A stretch of 64,000 bases of DNA from the NCBI GenBank assembly GCA_029856105.1, contig JAHQWH010000015.1, forward strand, positions 32,001-96,000, in the 5' to 3' direction. This DNA comes from Promethearchaeia archaeon (GTDB taxonomy: Archaea; Asgardarchaeota; Lokiarchaeia; Sigyniarchaeales; SOKP01). The position numbers and the translations under genes are program-made. Position 1 is the stretch's first letter, and the number at the start of each line of letters is the position of its first letter. Shown here in pieces: positions 38,362 to 48,435 of this stretch. The notes below the pieces were generated by a model. That model was not told where the DNA came from. It made no database searches and worked only from the letters and a program-made list of their open reading frames with translations.

Positions 38362-39672
38362 ATGAGTTCTGAAAAATTGACTGAAGCAGACGAATTTTTA
38401 AAGATTATAAGAAGTGATAGCGAAGGTAAAAAAGGTATTATATGCCTAAATTGTCTTATTGTTAGAAGTCGGTTTAAAGAAATTTACGGATTTATGAACA
38501 GACACAATATTCCACTTCCAGAAGAAAAAATTTTTTCAAAACTAGATCTCCTTGATTACATTAGTATTCATTTTTATAAACAATATCAAAAAAGCCCAAC
38601 GCTTAAAAAACAATTTAAGAGTCCCATTGAATACATTGGAAATTTTATAATTACCGATGAAAAATTAAGCGATTATTTAACAAGGTTTGATTTTATATCT
38701 AAACAAGAACTTATCGATGCGTTTGCTGATTACTGTGCTGATTATGGAATTTCTGTATTCAATACAGCTGATATCAAAGATTTTTCGTTAGATTTATACC
38801 TAATTAAGAAAAAACCTTTTCTGAGAACTGAGGCCGTATTCGTAAAAACAGGGGCAGAAATGACAGAAGAAAACTATAAAGAAACTTTTTACTTAATTAA
38901 CGAAGCGTCAAAAGTAGCTATATGGACGGTTTTTGTAACTACACCTCGAGGAGTTTGTAATATCGGTTTTGAAAGACTAAAGAACGATATGACAAATTTA
39001 AATGCGTGGATGTATGTAATTGATCCAATTCATCAAAAAATCTTAGGAATTTTTAAAGGTAAAAAATCAAAAACTCATGATTCCTCAATTCGAGACGAAT
39101 ATATCAAGAAATTACCTCACGAACCAATAAGAACACCTTCACAGTTAGCTAAAATTTCTGAGTATTATTTCAAAGAAAACGAGTCGTACAATCCGAAATA
39201 TTATGTGATGTTTGAGCTTTTTCCAAAGGAAAAATTAATTATGGAAGAACACGCTGTAATCGTAAAACCAAAATATAAAGACTTGTTTAGAACACTACTA
39301 ATTATCGAAAAGGCTTCAGGTTTAGCTATGATATCGCATTCCAGCGAGGAGATTCCAATGGATAAAGAATTAGTCTCTGGATTCCTATCAGCAATGGATT
39401 CATTTGTTTCAGAAATAGGCGGAACTACATCAATGAATGAAATTAATTACAAAGGTTTCTATATTCATGCAGTTTATGGAGAGTACATTAAATTAGCTCT
39501 ATTTCTCTCAAGACCGGCAAGTCAGAGTTTAAAAGAGAGGTTAGCTTATTTTTTAAATCATTTTGAAGAACATTACCACGATCAAATTTTAGATTTTAAA
39601 GAAATTGGGAATACTGCTATTTTTGATAGAGAAAGAATAATTGAACTCATTAAGGAAATTTTAAGCGTATAA
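38362..39672 (+). CDS. Hypothetical protein with C-terminal longin-like domain
   Basis: SGLAMI...LVSGFLSAMDSFVSEI...EINYKGF. Confidence 0.75.
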   Translation: MSSEKLTEADEFLKIIRSDSEGKKGIICLNCLIVRSRFKEIYGFMNRHNIPLPEEKIFSKLDLLDYISIHFYKQYQKSPTLKKQFKSPIEYIGNFIITDEKLSDYLTRFDFISKQELIDAFADYCADYGISVFNTADIKDFSLDLYLIKKKPFLRTEAVFVKTGAEMTEENYKETFYLINEASKVAIWTVFVTTPRGVCNIGFERLKNDMTNLNAWMYVIDPIHQKILGIFKGKKSKTHDSSIRDEYIKKLPHEPIRTPSQLAKISEYYFKENESYNPKYYVMFELFPKEKLIMEEHAVIVKPKYKDLFRTLLIIEKASGLAMISHSSEEIPMDKELVSGFLSAMDSFVSEIGGTTSMNEINYKGFYIHAVYGEYIKLALFLSRPASQSLKERLAYFLNHFEEHYHDQILDFKEIGNTAIFDRERIIELIKEILSV

Positions 39673-39807
39673 TAAATAAAAGGAAAAAAATCTCAACATA
39701 ATTCAAATAAATTATTTCAATTTATCGATAAAATTTATGAATAATAAGGAACAGATTAAAATTTTCAGTTAATTTCTAATTATTTAGAAAGGTTTTGTTT
39801 ATCACGG

Positions 39808-40185
39808 GTGATTATAATGAGTGAAAATAACGAAGAAAAGTTGGTTTTTGTTTATAATGCAGATTCGGGAATGGTAAATACTGTTAAAGATTTCTGGCAT
39901 AAGGCTTTAAGACCTAGCACTTATAAATGTAATCTTTGTGCTCAAACATTCAGCCCCTTCGGTATGAAGAAAGAATGGAAATCTTTTCTTGGCACGTTAA
40001 ACATAGAGACTGAATTTCTGCATAAAGACGAATTTTTGAATAACTACGACATTCAAGATGCTAAATATCCTTCTGCTTATCTATTAAAGAACGGTACTCT
40101 AAAGTTATTGATAACGCAAGAAGAGATGGATAAAGTACCATCAATTAATGAAATGGAAAAACTCGTCTCGTCAAAATTAAAATAA
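39808..40185 (+). CDS. Conserved hypothetical protein, possibly thioredoxin-like
   Basis: FVYNADSG, Y.CNLC, FLHKDEF. Confidence 0.7.
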   Translation: MIIMSENNEEKLVFVYNADSGMVNTVKDFWHKALRPSTYKCNLCAQTFSPFGMKKEWKSFLGTLNIETEFLHKDEFLNNYDIQDAKYPSAYLLKNGTLKLLITQEEMDKVPSINEMEKLVSSKLK

Positions 40186-40248
40186 GCTATAAATCTTTTT
40201 TTTATGTCCCTACTTTTGAAAAAATTGAAAATTTTTATTCCAATTTGT

Positions 40249-42354
40249 TTATCCTTTTGAACTCAAATATTCTAAAGCTTTGTTCACATCATTTGTTGGT
40301 ACCTTACAAGTTTTATTAATGCATACGTACGCAGTAGCCTTTCCGTCGAATTTATCAAAATATTGAACGAAATTGGAAAGTTCATCTATTTCTGGACCTA
40401 TTTTTTCTGTGGGTCGAAAAATTAACGATTTATTAGGCAAAAAATGTTTCTTTATCTCAGACAACATATTATTAGTATCTTCTTTGCCTGTATCTCCTGC
40501 AATAACAAGAGAATAAGTTGGTCCAACGGCGTAATCTACGGCTGTCAAAAGAAAAGTATGTGCTACGGGCGACTTTCGAACGTTTTCAGCAAAAACTCGA
40601 CTGATGTGATCAGCTTTTTTTTCGTAATCTTGATTTCCTGTTAGTTGAGCTAATTTGAGTAGGTTCAACATCGCAACAGAGTTTCCAGAAGGAATAGCAC
40701 CGTCGTAAATCTCTTTCTGACGAGCTAACAATTTTTCTCCGTCTTCCGCGGTAAAGAAGAAACCCCCTATAAAAGAATCCCAAAAATGATTTATTTGGTC
40801 TTCAGTTAAATCTATAGCAGTTTTTAGGTAGAATGTGTCAAATGTAGCCTCATATAAATTAATTAAACCCCAGATAAGAAACGAGTAATCGTCTATGTAA
40901 GCGTCAATTTCAGCAGTCCCGTCGCGATACCGATGTAAAAGACGGCCATTTGACTTCCGTAAATCTTTAAGGATGAAAGAAACGGCTTTTTTCGCGGCTT
41001 CAATGTATTTTTGCTCACTCAATACGAAACCAGCTTTAGCTAACGCGGCAATCATTAATCCGTTCCAATCCGTTAATATTTTATCGTCCCGATGAGGTTT
41101 AATCCTGGTTTCTCGTGAATTGAAAAGCTTTTGTCTCATAGCTTTTATAGAGTTATGAAAATCCTCCTTCTGAGGATTAGCTAGCTCAGATAGCCCAATC
41201 TTCAAATGAAGGATATTTTTGCCAGTTTTCTCTTTAGTAGCTTCATCTAAATAATTACCGCTAGTTTCAACATTATAAATACTTTCTATTAGTTCAGCAT
41301 CCTCTTTTTCTAAGATATTTTCAATTTCTTCTTTAGTCCAAACGTAAAACTTTCCTTCCTCTCCTTCGCTGTCCGCGTCTTGGGCCGAATAGAATCCTCC
41401 TTCAGGAGAACTCATATCTCGCAAAACATATGTAAAAATCTCTTTAACAGTGTTTCCGTACTCAATATTTCCAGTCGCTTGATAAGCTTCTAAATAGCTG
41501 AGCGCTAATAGGGCTTGATCATACAGCATCTTCTCGAAATGAGGTACTAACCAGTTAACATCAGTAGAATAACGATGAAATCCAAAACCAATTTGATCGT
41601 AAATACCTCCTCGCCTCATAGCCTTAAGAGTGCTTTCAACCATATTTAAAGCGTTTTTGTCTTCTGTTCTTTTCCAATATCTTAATAAGAATAATAAGTT
41701 ATGAGGAGAAGGAAATTTTGGTGCGCTACCAAAACCGCCTTTTATTTCGTCAAATCGCATACTTAACCGAGAATAGGCGTTTTCTATAACTTTTTCTTCA
41801 AGACTTCTTCCCGGAGACTCAATGTTGATGTCTTGTAACGCAAATGTAATTTTTTCGCTCGACGACATCAACTCTTTTCTTTCGTTTTTCCACAAATGAT
41901 TCACGCGATTTATTAAATCAATTAAGCCAATTCTTCCAAAACGGCTTTCTTTGGGAAAATATGTACCTGCAAAGAAAGGTTTTTTATCTGGAGTCATTAG
42001 AATTGTTAGTGGCCAACCCCCGGAATTAGTCATTATTTGACAGACGGTCATATATATTTTATCGATGTCAGGTCGTTCTTCCCGGTCGACTTTAATAGAT
42101 ACAAAAACATCGTTCATAATTTTAGCAACAGTAGGGTCTTCAAAAGATTCGTGCGCCATAACATGGCACCAATGACAAGTAGAGTAGCCAACTGAAAGAA
42201 ATATCGGTTTATCTTCCATTCTTGCTTTCTCAAAAGCCTCTTCCCCCCAAGGATACCAATCTACTGGATTCTCAGCGTGTTGTAGTAAATAAGGGCTTTT
42301 TTCAGTTATTAATTTATTGAATTTTCTATTTTTGTTTTCTTCTATGTTTTTCAC
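40249..42354 (-). CDS. Thioredoxin-domain protein, YyaL/SPATA20 (DUF255) family
   Basis: [37 protein letters not shown]. Confidence 0.94.
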   Translation of the reverse strand: MKNIEENKNRKFNKLITEKSPYLLQHAENPVDWYPWGEEAFEKARMEDKPIFLSVGYSTCHWCHVMAHESFEDPTVAKIMNDVFVSIKVDREERPDIDKIYMTVCQIMTNSGGWPLTILMTPDKKPFFAGTYFPKESRFGRIGLIDLINRVNHLWKNERKELMSSSEKITFALQDINIESPGRSLEEKVIENAYSRLSMRFDEIKGGFGSAPKFPSPHNLLFLLRYWKRTEDKNALNMVESTLKAMRRGGIYDQIGFGFHRYSTDVNWLVPHFEKMLYDQALLALSYLEAYQATGNIEYGNTVKEIFTYVLRDMSSPEGGFYSAQDADSEGEEGKFYVWTKEEIENILEKEDAELIESIYNVETSGNYLDEATKEKTGKNILHLKIGLSELANPQKEDFHNSIKAMRQKLFNSRETRIKPHRDDKILTDWNGLMIAALAKAGFVLSEQKYIEAAKKAVSFILKDLRKSNGRLLHRYRDGTAEIDAYIDDYSFLIWGLINLYEATFDTFYLKTAIDLTEDQINHFWDSFIGGFFFTAEDGEKLLARQKEIYDGAIPSGNSVAMLNLLKLAQLTGNQDYEKKADHISRVFAENVRKSPVAHTFLLTAVDYAVGPTYSLVIAGDTGKEDTNNMLSEIKKHFLPNKSLIFRPTEKIGPEIDELSNFVQYFDKFDGKATAYVCINKTCKVPTNDVNKALEYLSSKG

Positions 42355-42929
42355 CTTTTAGACTTATTAAATGGTTTGGTAAATTCATCTATAAAAATGA
42401 ATTCTTTAAATTGTTTTCTTTCTGGTCTTTTATTCTCTTTAGATTTTTGTATATCAGTTAACCCTTCTTTAAATTCTTTAGAGCGTTTACCGATAACGAT
42501 TAAGGAAATTAGTCTCATATGTTCTGGAATGCCGAGCACTCTCTTCGCTCCATCTTCATTAAAACCTGCGATAGGGTGCGCAACAAGACCCAATTCTGTG
42601 GCTCGGAGTATTATAAAAGCGCTTGCTAAACCCGTATCGAAAAGATAATATTGCCTTTCTTTGATAACACAATCGTTTTTTACGTCGCTAAAAGCTGCGA
42701 TAATTAACGAACTTAATTCTACCCACTTATTAGTTGTTGATAACGACTTGTGAAGTTTTTCTAGTTGCTCTTTATCGCGAACAAATACATATCTCCATGG
42801 TTGTTTGTTAAAACAAGATGGAGCTAATCGCGCTGATTCAGCTAAATCTTCTATTAGTGTGTCGGAAACCTCAATTGGTTCAAGGGATCTATATGCTCTT
42901 CTTTTTTCAATCGCATTTTTTACATTCAA
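42351..42929 (-). CDS. Nitroreductase family protein
   Basis: [15 protein letters not shown]. Confidence 0.9.
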   Translation of the reverse strand: MNVKNAIEKRRAYRSLEPIEVSDTLIEDLAESARLAPSCFNKQPWRYVFVRDKEQLEKLHKSLSTTNKWVELSSLIIAAFSDVKNDCVIKERQYYLFDTGLASAFIILRATELGLVAHPIAGFNEDGAKRVLGIPEHMRLISLIVIGKRSKEFKEGLTDIQKSKENKRPERKQFKEFIFIDEFTKPFNKSKR

Positions 42930-43135
42930 ATTTCAACACCCTTAAAAAGACCTTTTAAAACCTTAATTTTTAAGATTTCATTTATGATTGAAACCTAATT
43001 AATTAAGAAATATTTAAAGAATATCAATATAAGCCTTATTAGTTATTAACTTTCTAAATGAATTATTTTGAGTTATAACTCTTTGAATTGGAATATAAAT
43101 ATTTCATAAAGAAATTATTAGGAAAAAAATAAAAA

Positions 43136-43567
43136 TTACTTTGATTTCAGGGCTATAACTGCAGAACCTTGAGTAGTAATTCTTTCGTCTTGAGTTTCGC
43201 TTAGAACGCTAATTTCGACCAGATTTTCGTCGTTTTCAGAGTATTTTTTCAATATCTTTCCCTTTAATGTTAAAGTATCGTTCTCATTTGTCATACCAGC
43301 AAATCTTATTTTGTAGTCTTTTAACACGCCCCCCTTTGCCCAATCAGTAATGTAGGATCCGACTATTGACATAACAAGCATTCCATGGGCGATACATCCA
43401 GGTAGTTTTGCTACTTTCGCAAACCCCTCGTCGTAATGAATTTTATTATAATCTCCAGATGCTGATGCGTAATCTATTAATTGTTGTCGAACAATTGGTC
43501 CCCTTTTTGATGTAGGTAATTCCATTCCCGTTGATATATCTTCAAAAAACAATTCTTTTTTAGACAA
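43136..43567 (-). CDS. MaoC-family dehydratase
   Basis: YASASGDYNKIH, IAHGML. Confidence 0.9.
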   Translation of the reverse strand: MSKKELFFEDISTGMELPTSKRGPIVRQQLIDYASASGDYNKIHYDEGFAKVAKLPGCIAHGMLVMSIVGSYITDWAKGGVLKDYKIRFAGMTNENDTLTLKGKILKKYSENDENLVEISVLSETQDERITTQGSAVIALKSK

Positions 43568-43588
43568 TTTTCAAATCACCTTTTAAAT

Positions 43589-44029
43589 TTAATGGAACAC
43601 GATTAACGAAATGATTAAATCAAAAACTTTTTCGCCAGTTTCCTTGTTTTTTCCACTTGTGACTGCCGTGATTAAATCCATTTTACCTCTTTTTCCTTCC
43701 TTTTCTACAATATTTTCGACTTTGGTTTGATATGTAATGGTATCTCCGGCACAACCTTGAGAGTAATACTTAATTTCTCTGCCACCATCTAATAATTTTC
43801 TAAAATCTATCCCCAAAGTTGAAAAAAAATTATTATCTGAGAAGGTCATTCTCGTGTAAAATGTAGTAGGAACAGGTATGTCATTAAAACCTTGATTTTT
43901 GGCTTCATTGACATCGTAATAAATTGGGTTCGATTCCCTTATCGCGTTAGCAAAATGAGAGATTCGCCAACGAGTAATAACCATTTCCTTTGGTGCAAAT
44001 TCGTAGCCAATAAATTTTCTATCAATCAT
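43589..44029 (-). CDS. MaoC N-terminal-like hotdog subunit (HadA-like partner)
   Basis: FANAI.E.NPIYYD...PTTF; adjacent to MaoC gene. Confidence 0.85.
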   Translation of the reverse strand: MIDRKFIGYEFAPKEMVITRWRISHFANAIRESNPIYYDVNEAKNQGFNDIPVPTTFYTRMTFSDNNFFSTLGIDFRKLLDGGREIKYYSQGCAGDTITYQTKVENIVEKEGKRGKMDLITAVTSGKNKETGEKVFDLIISLIVFH

Positions 44030-44095
44030 GTAAATTCTTAGTTCTCATTTAATTTAAATTAATTTTAATATGTTTAGATGTTTTAAAGGTTTTAT

Positions 44096-44575
44096 TTATA
44101 AACCCGCTAAAAAATCTTTAACTTCTTCAACATGTCCTTTCACTCGAACTTTTGGCCACATATGAGAAATTTTACCTTCCGGATTTACTAAATAAGTGCT
44201 TCGAGTAACTCCCATATAAGTCTTACCTCGATAAGCTTTTGATCCCCACGCTCCATATTTTTTTAATATTTCTTTTTCCACATCACTTAATAAAATAACT
44301 TTCAGATTCTTTTTTTCAATAAATTTAGCGTGAGATTCGGGACTATCAGGGCTTATACCAATAACCTCTGCGTTTAGTTTTTGAAATTCGGGTAAAATTC
44401 CTGTAAAACCAATTGCCTCAATTGTGCAGCCGGGAGTATTATCTTTAGGATAAAAATATACGATAACATATTTACCTTTGAAATCTTTTAGACACCATTC
44501 CTTGTTATCTTTGTCTGGAAGACAAAATTCGGGAGCAGCATCTCCAACCTTTAATATAACTTTTTTCTCGTTCAT
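44096..44575 (-). CDS. bcp: Peroxiredoxin, BCP/PrxQ family
   Basis: FYPKDNTPGCTIEA. Confidence 0.93.
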   Translation of the reverse strand: MNEKKVILKVGDAAPEFCLPDKDNKEWCLKDFKGKYVIVYFYPKDNTPGCTIEAIGFTGILPEFQKLNAEVIGISPDSPESHAKFIEKKNLKVILLSDVEKEILKKYGAWGSKAYRGKTYMGVTRSTYLVNPEGKISHMWPKVRVKGHVEEVKDFLAGL

Positions 44576-44755
44576 AATGATTCTCCTCTTGAAGATTTTG
44601 GATTTTATTTTTATTGTTATTATAGAATTTTATGAAAAGAATTTCAATCTTCAGATTATCAATTATAAAAGTTTTAGATACATTTTATTAATTAATAGTA
44701 TTACAAAATTCGAAAATTAATAAAATATAAATTTAATAACACCGTGAGTTAAGAT

Positions 44756-45376
44756 ATGGAAAAAAAAAGTTTAGGACTATTCTTAGTTGTTCTGGGATTT
44801 ATCTTTCTTGGCATTGCTGTGGTTACGATTTGGAGTATGTTTTTCGGCTTTGATGCAACTAAAGGGTTATACATCATTTTAGCAATTCCCTTAATGGTTT
44901 TTAGTGTAACCACTATATTTTTCGGGTTTTATTTAATAACACGAGTTAATTTAGGTTTAAAGACTAAAGGATTAATCTTATTAGTTGATGGGCTAATTCC
45001 AATAATTGCTTCCGTGTATGCTATGTTAGATCCCCGACTTAGCGTGATTAATGACATACGAATTCTGGTATTACTACCTTTAACGCTAGTAGGCATATTT
45101 ATTGTAGTTTATAGCGTTTTTCTATTAACTGCTGATGTATATATAGACGGAATTAAAACCAGAAAAAGAGCAAACAAGATATTAGGAATAATTTCCATTG
45201 CTATAGGACTTGCTAATATAGCTGCGTTTATTGTATTAATATCAATCTCTGGGGAACAACCAGTTATTTTATCGGTATTTTGGTTATTAATTGGGGTGAT
45301 TTCGATTTATTTTGGCGTTCATTTATTTATCAAGAAAGTCGAAGAGAAACAAAAGTATACAAAAAGAAAAAGATAA
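44756..45376 (+). CDS. Hypothetical membrane protein (about 6 TM)
   Basis: Hydrophobic helices. Confidence 0.7.
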   Translation: MEKKSLGLFLVVLGFIFLGIAVVTIWSMFFGFDATKGLYIILAIPLMVFSVTTIFFGFYLITRVNLGLKTKGLILLVDGLIPIIASVYAMLDPRLSVINDIRILVLLPLTLVGIFIVVYSVFLLTADVYIDGIKTRKRANKILGIISIAIGLANIAAFIVLISISGEQPVILSVFWLLIGVISIYFGVHLFIKKVEEKQKYTKRKR

Positions 45377-45418
45377 AAGAAATATAAAAAAATATATTAT
45401 TTATTTTTAACATTCTAA

Positions 45419-46924
45419 TTAAGGATCGTTCCTAAAGGGATGACGCGCATTTTCAGCGTTTTGAATACCGTCATCTACCGTTGGTAACCCTTCCATAGCC
45501 TTTCGAATGGCGTTTCTTGTAGCTTTATAGTTATTAATAAATACGCGTTTTCGAGCGCTCGCGCTAGGATGTACAAATACATTTACAATTATTACGATAT
45601 CCTCTGCGGCTTCTTTAGGAAGAATTCCATCCTCTACGCATTTCATTACCGCTTTTGCTACTGCTGCTTGAGCAGGACCATAAGTTAAACTTGCGTGGCG
45701 CATGGAAGTTATTTTAACAGTAGGGATCATAACTGTCGCAGGTTTGACTTGCATGTTTGGTTCGAGAATCACCTGTAACCCTTCACGCCCTTTCGCGGGA
45801 TGTGTTAAAGCACGAGCATAAGCATCACCTACGGGTCCCTTCTTATTTCCTATTAAAAGATCAATATGTGCTAACTCTGCTCTACTGCCAACGAGCGATT
45901 CACCAACTTTTAAGCTGAAATCAGAGATTTTTTCAGGTGTAACACCCACTGCGTAAAAACGGCTCGTTAATTCTTTATCATCTATCTCGAACTTAACTTC
46001 TTTCTTTTCGATATATCCTAACTTTTCAAGTTCAACTCTAAATTCGTCTTGGAGTTCGTAGGAAAGAGCGTCTCCTAAAATGATCGGGCGTCTAGTTGTG
46101 CCTACTGGAACGCCCATCAAATTCAAGCACTCTTTGGCACCTAAAGCTCCAGAATTGATTAGCATTCGAGCTAACTTTTGTACTTTTTTTTGTAGAGTCT
46201 GTGCTTCAAGTAACCGATTGTTTTTTACATGGTCGTAAATTTCGAGCCATACTTTAGGAATAACATTAGCAGAACCAAGTATGCAACCCGCAGCACCACC
46301 AGCTAAAGCACCTAATACATTTTCGTCCCACCCTATTAGAACGGAAATTTTATCACTTACTTTCTCTAAAAGCGCAGAGAAATATTTGTAGTCACCGCTA
46401 GAATCCTTTATCGCAACGAAATTATCAGTATCAACAAGATCTTCTACAACAGTCCAAGGTAATTCTACCCCCGTACAGACGGGAATATTGTACAACACCA
46501 ACGGTATATCGGTTTTTTCTGCGATCCTAAAATAATGGTCATACAACCCTTTTGCCTTAGGTTTGAGATAATAGGGTGTTACGATTATAGCCGCGTCTGC
46601 ACCGATGTCCGTTGCAGCTTTAGTAGCATCAATTACCAATTTTGTTCCAGTTTCTCCAGTCCCAGCAATTACAGGAACTCTACCATTCGTTTCATCGACG
46701 ACTATTTCTATAACTTTCAAACGTTCCTCAAAAGTCATGTTAACGAACTCTCCAGTCGTTCCTACCGGAACAAGGCCCGTAACTCCTTGATCTATGAGAT
46801 GGTTTACTAAATTTCTAAGGTTTTCTTCGTTAATTGATTCATCTTCTTTATTAAAAGGAGTTACTAATGCGGGCATAACTCCTGTTGGTCTAAAATCAAA
46901 TTTTCCCATTTTAATTAACCTCAA
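45419..46924 (-). CDS. DapA-family aldolase fused to formaldehyde-activating enzyme (Fae)
   Basis: GTTGE, YNIP, IKDSSG; C-terminal VGESLVG...AHIDLLIG, KP.T, GPAQAAVAKAV, VFVHP, NY.AT..AI. Confidence 0.9.
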   Translation of the reverse strand: MRLIKMGKFDFRPTGVMPALVTPFNKEDESINEENLRNLVNHLIDQGVTGLVPVGTTGEFVNMTFEERLKVIEIVVDETNGRVPVIAGTGETGTKLVIDATKAATDIGADAAIIVTPYYLKPKAKGLYDHYFRIAEKTDIPLVLYNIPVCTGVELPWTVVEDLVDTDNFVAIKDSSGDYKYFSALLEKVSDKISVLIGWDENVLGALAGGAAGCILGSANVIPKVWLEIYDHVKNNRLLEAQTLQKKVQKLARMLINSGALGAKECLNLMGVPVGTTRRPIILGDALSYELQDEFRVELEKLGYIEKKEVKFEIDDKELTSRFYAVGVTPEKISDFSLKVGESLVGSRAELAHIDLLIGNKKGPVGDAYARALTHPAKGREGLQVILEPNMQVKPATVMIPTVKITSMRHASLTYGPAQAAVAKAVMKCVEDGILPKEAAEDIVIIVNVFVHPSASARKRVFINNYKATRNAIRKAMEGLPTVDDGIQNAENARHPFRNDP

Positions 46925-46943
46925 TTTTTATTATCATCATCAT

Positions 46944-48236
46944 CTAACGATGATGTAAATTTTTAGCAGCTATAAATGTAAGTCCCTTTTTGGTTAAAGC
47001 TTCAGCTGTAGTATTAATAGCTTCATATCGGTCGAGAAGGTTTACGCGTAATGCTTCCCATATTCCCGCTTCTTCAATAGCCTCCTTAGTCATGAAATAT
47101 TCAAGAATATCCGTAGGATGTTCCCGTTTTTCGTCAACATCAACATTTGCTCCCTCATGTTTCGCACTTACATTCTTAACTTTCTTAGCTAATTCCATTA
47201 ATTCGTCTCGGCGGTCATAAGGCTGCCTTACAATACTTTTCCATGTTTCAGTTATATGGTGTTCTATTCGTACTACATCTTCAAAGCCAAATTCTTTTCT
47301 TATATAGGCAGTTACTTCAATAGTTTCGTTATTAACTGAATTGGCAAGGTTAAAGCCAATCAAGGGGCTAGTTCCATCTTCACGGGCAAACAATTTGGCA
47401 GTCATTAACGTCCATAGACAAGCGTAAGGATTATCGTTTCCTAAATAGACTGAAATTTTAAACTCATTATTAATACCAAGTTTATGGATGATATAGCCCA
47501 ATAAAACGGTACCAAGATTCACATTAAGAACTTGTTGGATTCCGTAGTTAGTATAATAATAAAGATATTCATCAAACCATTTTAATGGAAAGTTGTTTGG
47601 CATTCCAACGCCTCCAAAATAGCCAGTAATAGTTTCAGGTCCACCAAGATGTACATTTACAGGCATACCATCTGGACCAGGGGCAGTTCCCTTAGTGTCA
47701 AGAGTTTCGACCCAGGTCGAACCAATAATTTGCATTGCCGCAGCCATAGCTAGTAAATCCCCGTCTTCTTCCTGTTCTTTCATGTATCTCACGCGAATAA
47801 TTCTACCAGGTATTATCTTTTGATTTTCAACGGCGTCTCTTACCATATCCATCAAGAAAGGAAAGTATTGACACGCAGAAAGTTCTAATGTTATAGCATA
47901 GTCTTCGTCGAAAGTCATTTCAGATGTTTTGTCACCTAAAATCTTTTTTCTATAATCTGCTATGCTAATAAAAGAATTATTGTCGCGTTGAGAAATTAAC
48001 CACTCAATATCCTTAACATATTCTGGCTTTTTCTTTTTTAACTTTTCGAGCAAGTTTTCTACTTTACTGGCCTCTTCTGCCTTTCTATTAATCTCTTCTA
48101 TTCCGCCATATTTATCTACTATATCTAAAAGATCGTTTATCAATGGATTTTTTTCGTCCAATAAGAAATCGTTTATTACTTTTAATGCGTCGTCTGGAAT
48201 TTTCAATTTTTTTCTTAAATCGTTCATTTTTATCAT
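46944..48236 (-). CDS. Conserved hypothetical protein
   Basis: 430-aa ORF with enzyme-like Gly-rich motif NVHLGGPETITGYFGGVG; co-oriented with dapA-fae. Confidence 0.75.
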   Translation of the reverse strand: MIKMNDLRKKLKIPDDALKVINDFLLDEKNPLINDLLDIVDKYGGIEEINRKAEEASKVENLLEKLKKKKPEYVKDIEWLISQRDNNSFISIADYRKKILGDKTSEMTFDEDYAITLELSACQYFPFLMDMVRDAVENQKIIPGRIIRVRYMKEQEEDGDLLAMAAAMQIIGSTWVETLDTKGTAPGPDGMPVNVHLGGPETITGYFGGVGMPNNFPLKWFDEYLYYYTNYGIQQVLNVNLGTVLLGYIIHKLGINNEFKISVYLGNDNPYACLWTLMTAKLFAREDGTSPLIGFNLANSVNNETIEVTAYIRKEFGFEDVVRIEHHITETWKSIVRQPYDRRDELMELAKKVKNVSAKHEGANVDVDEKREHPTDILEYFMTKEAIEEAGIWEALRVNLLDRYEAINTTAEALTKKGLTFIAAKNLHHR

Positions 48237-48435
48237 TTTCCTTATTTTTTTGTTAATATTTTATATATGAATTTTGAATTCTACCCAAAGAATTCCCATA
48301 ATTCCAACTTTCATTGGAAGAGATCATAAATTTAATACATTTCATTATATTATAAATTTATTTGTACAATTGCAAAAAGTTTTAACGATATCCAAAATTG
48401 ATAATTAAAAGAATTTAATTTCAAGAGTAAAGAAA

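Noticed and set aside
45419-46924. Plain dapA (lysine biosynthesis) annotation
   Set aside because: Substrate-binding Arg is replaced by Cys, a Fae domain is fused, and no lysine pathway genes are nearby
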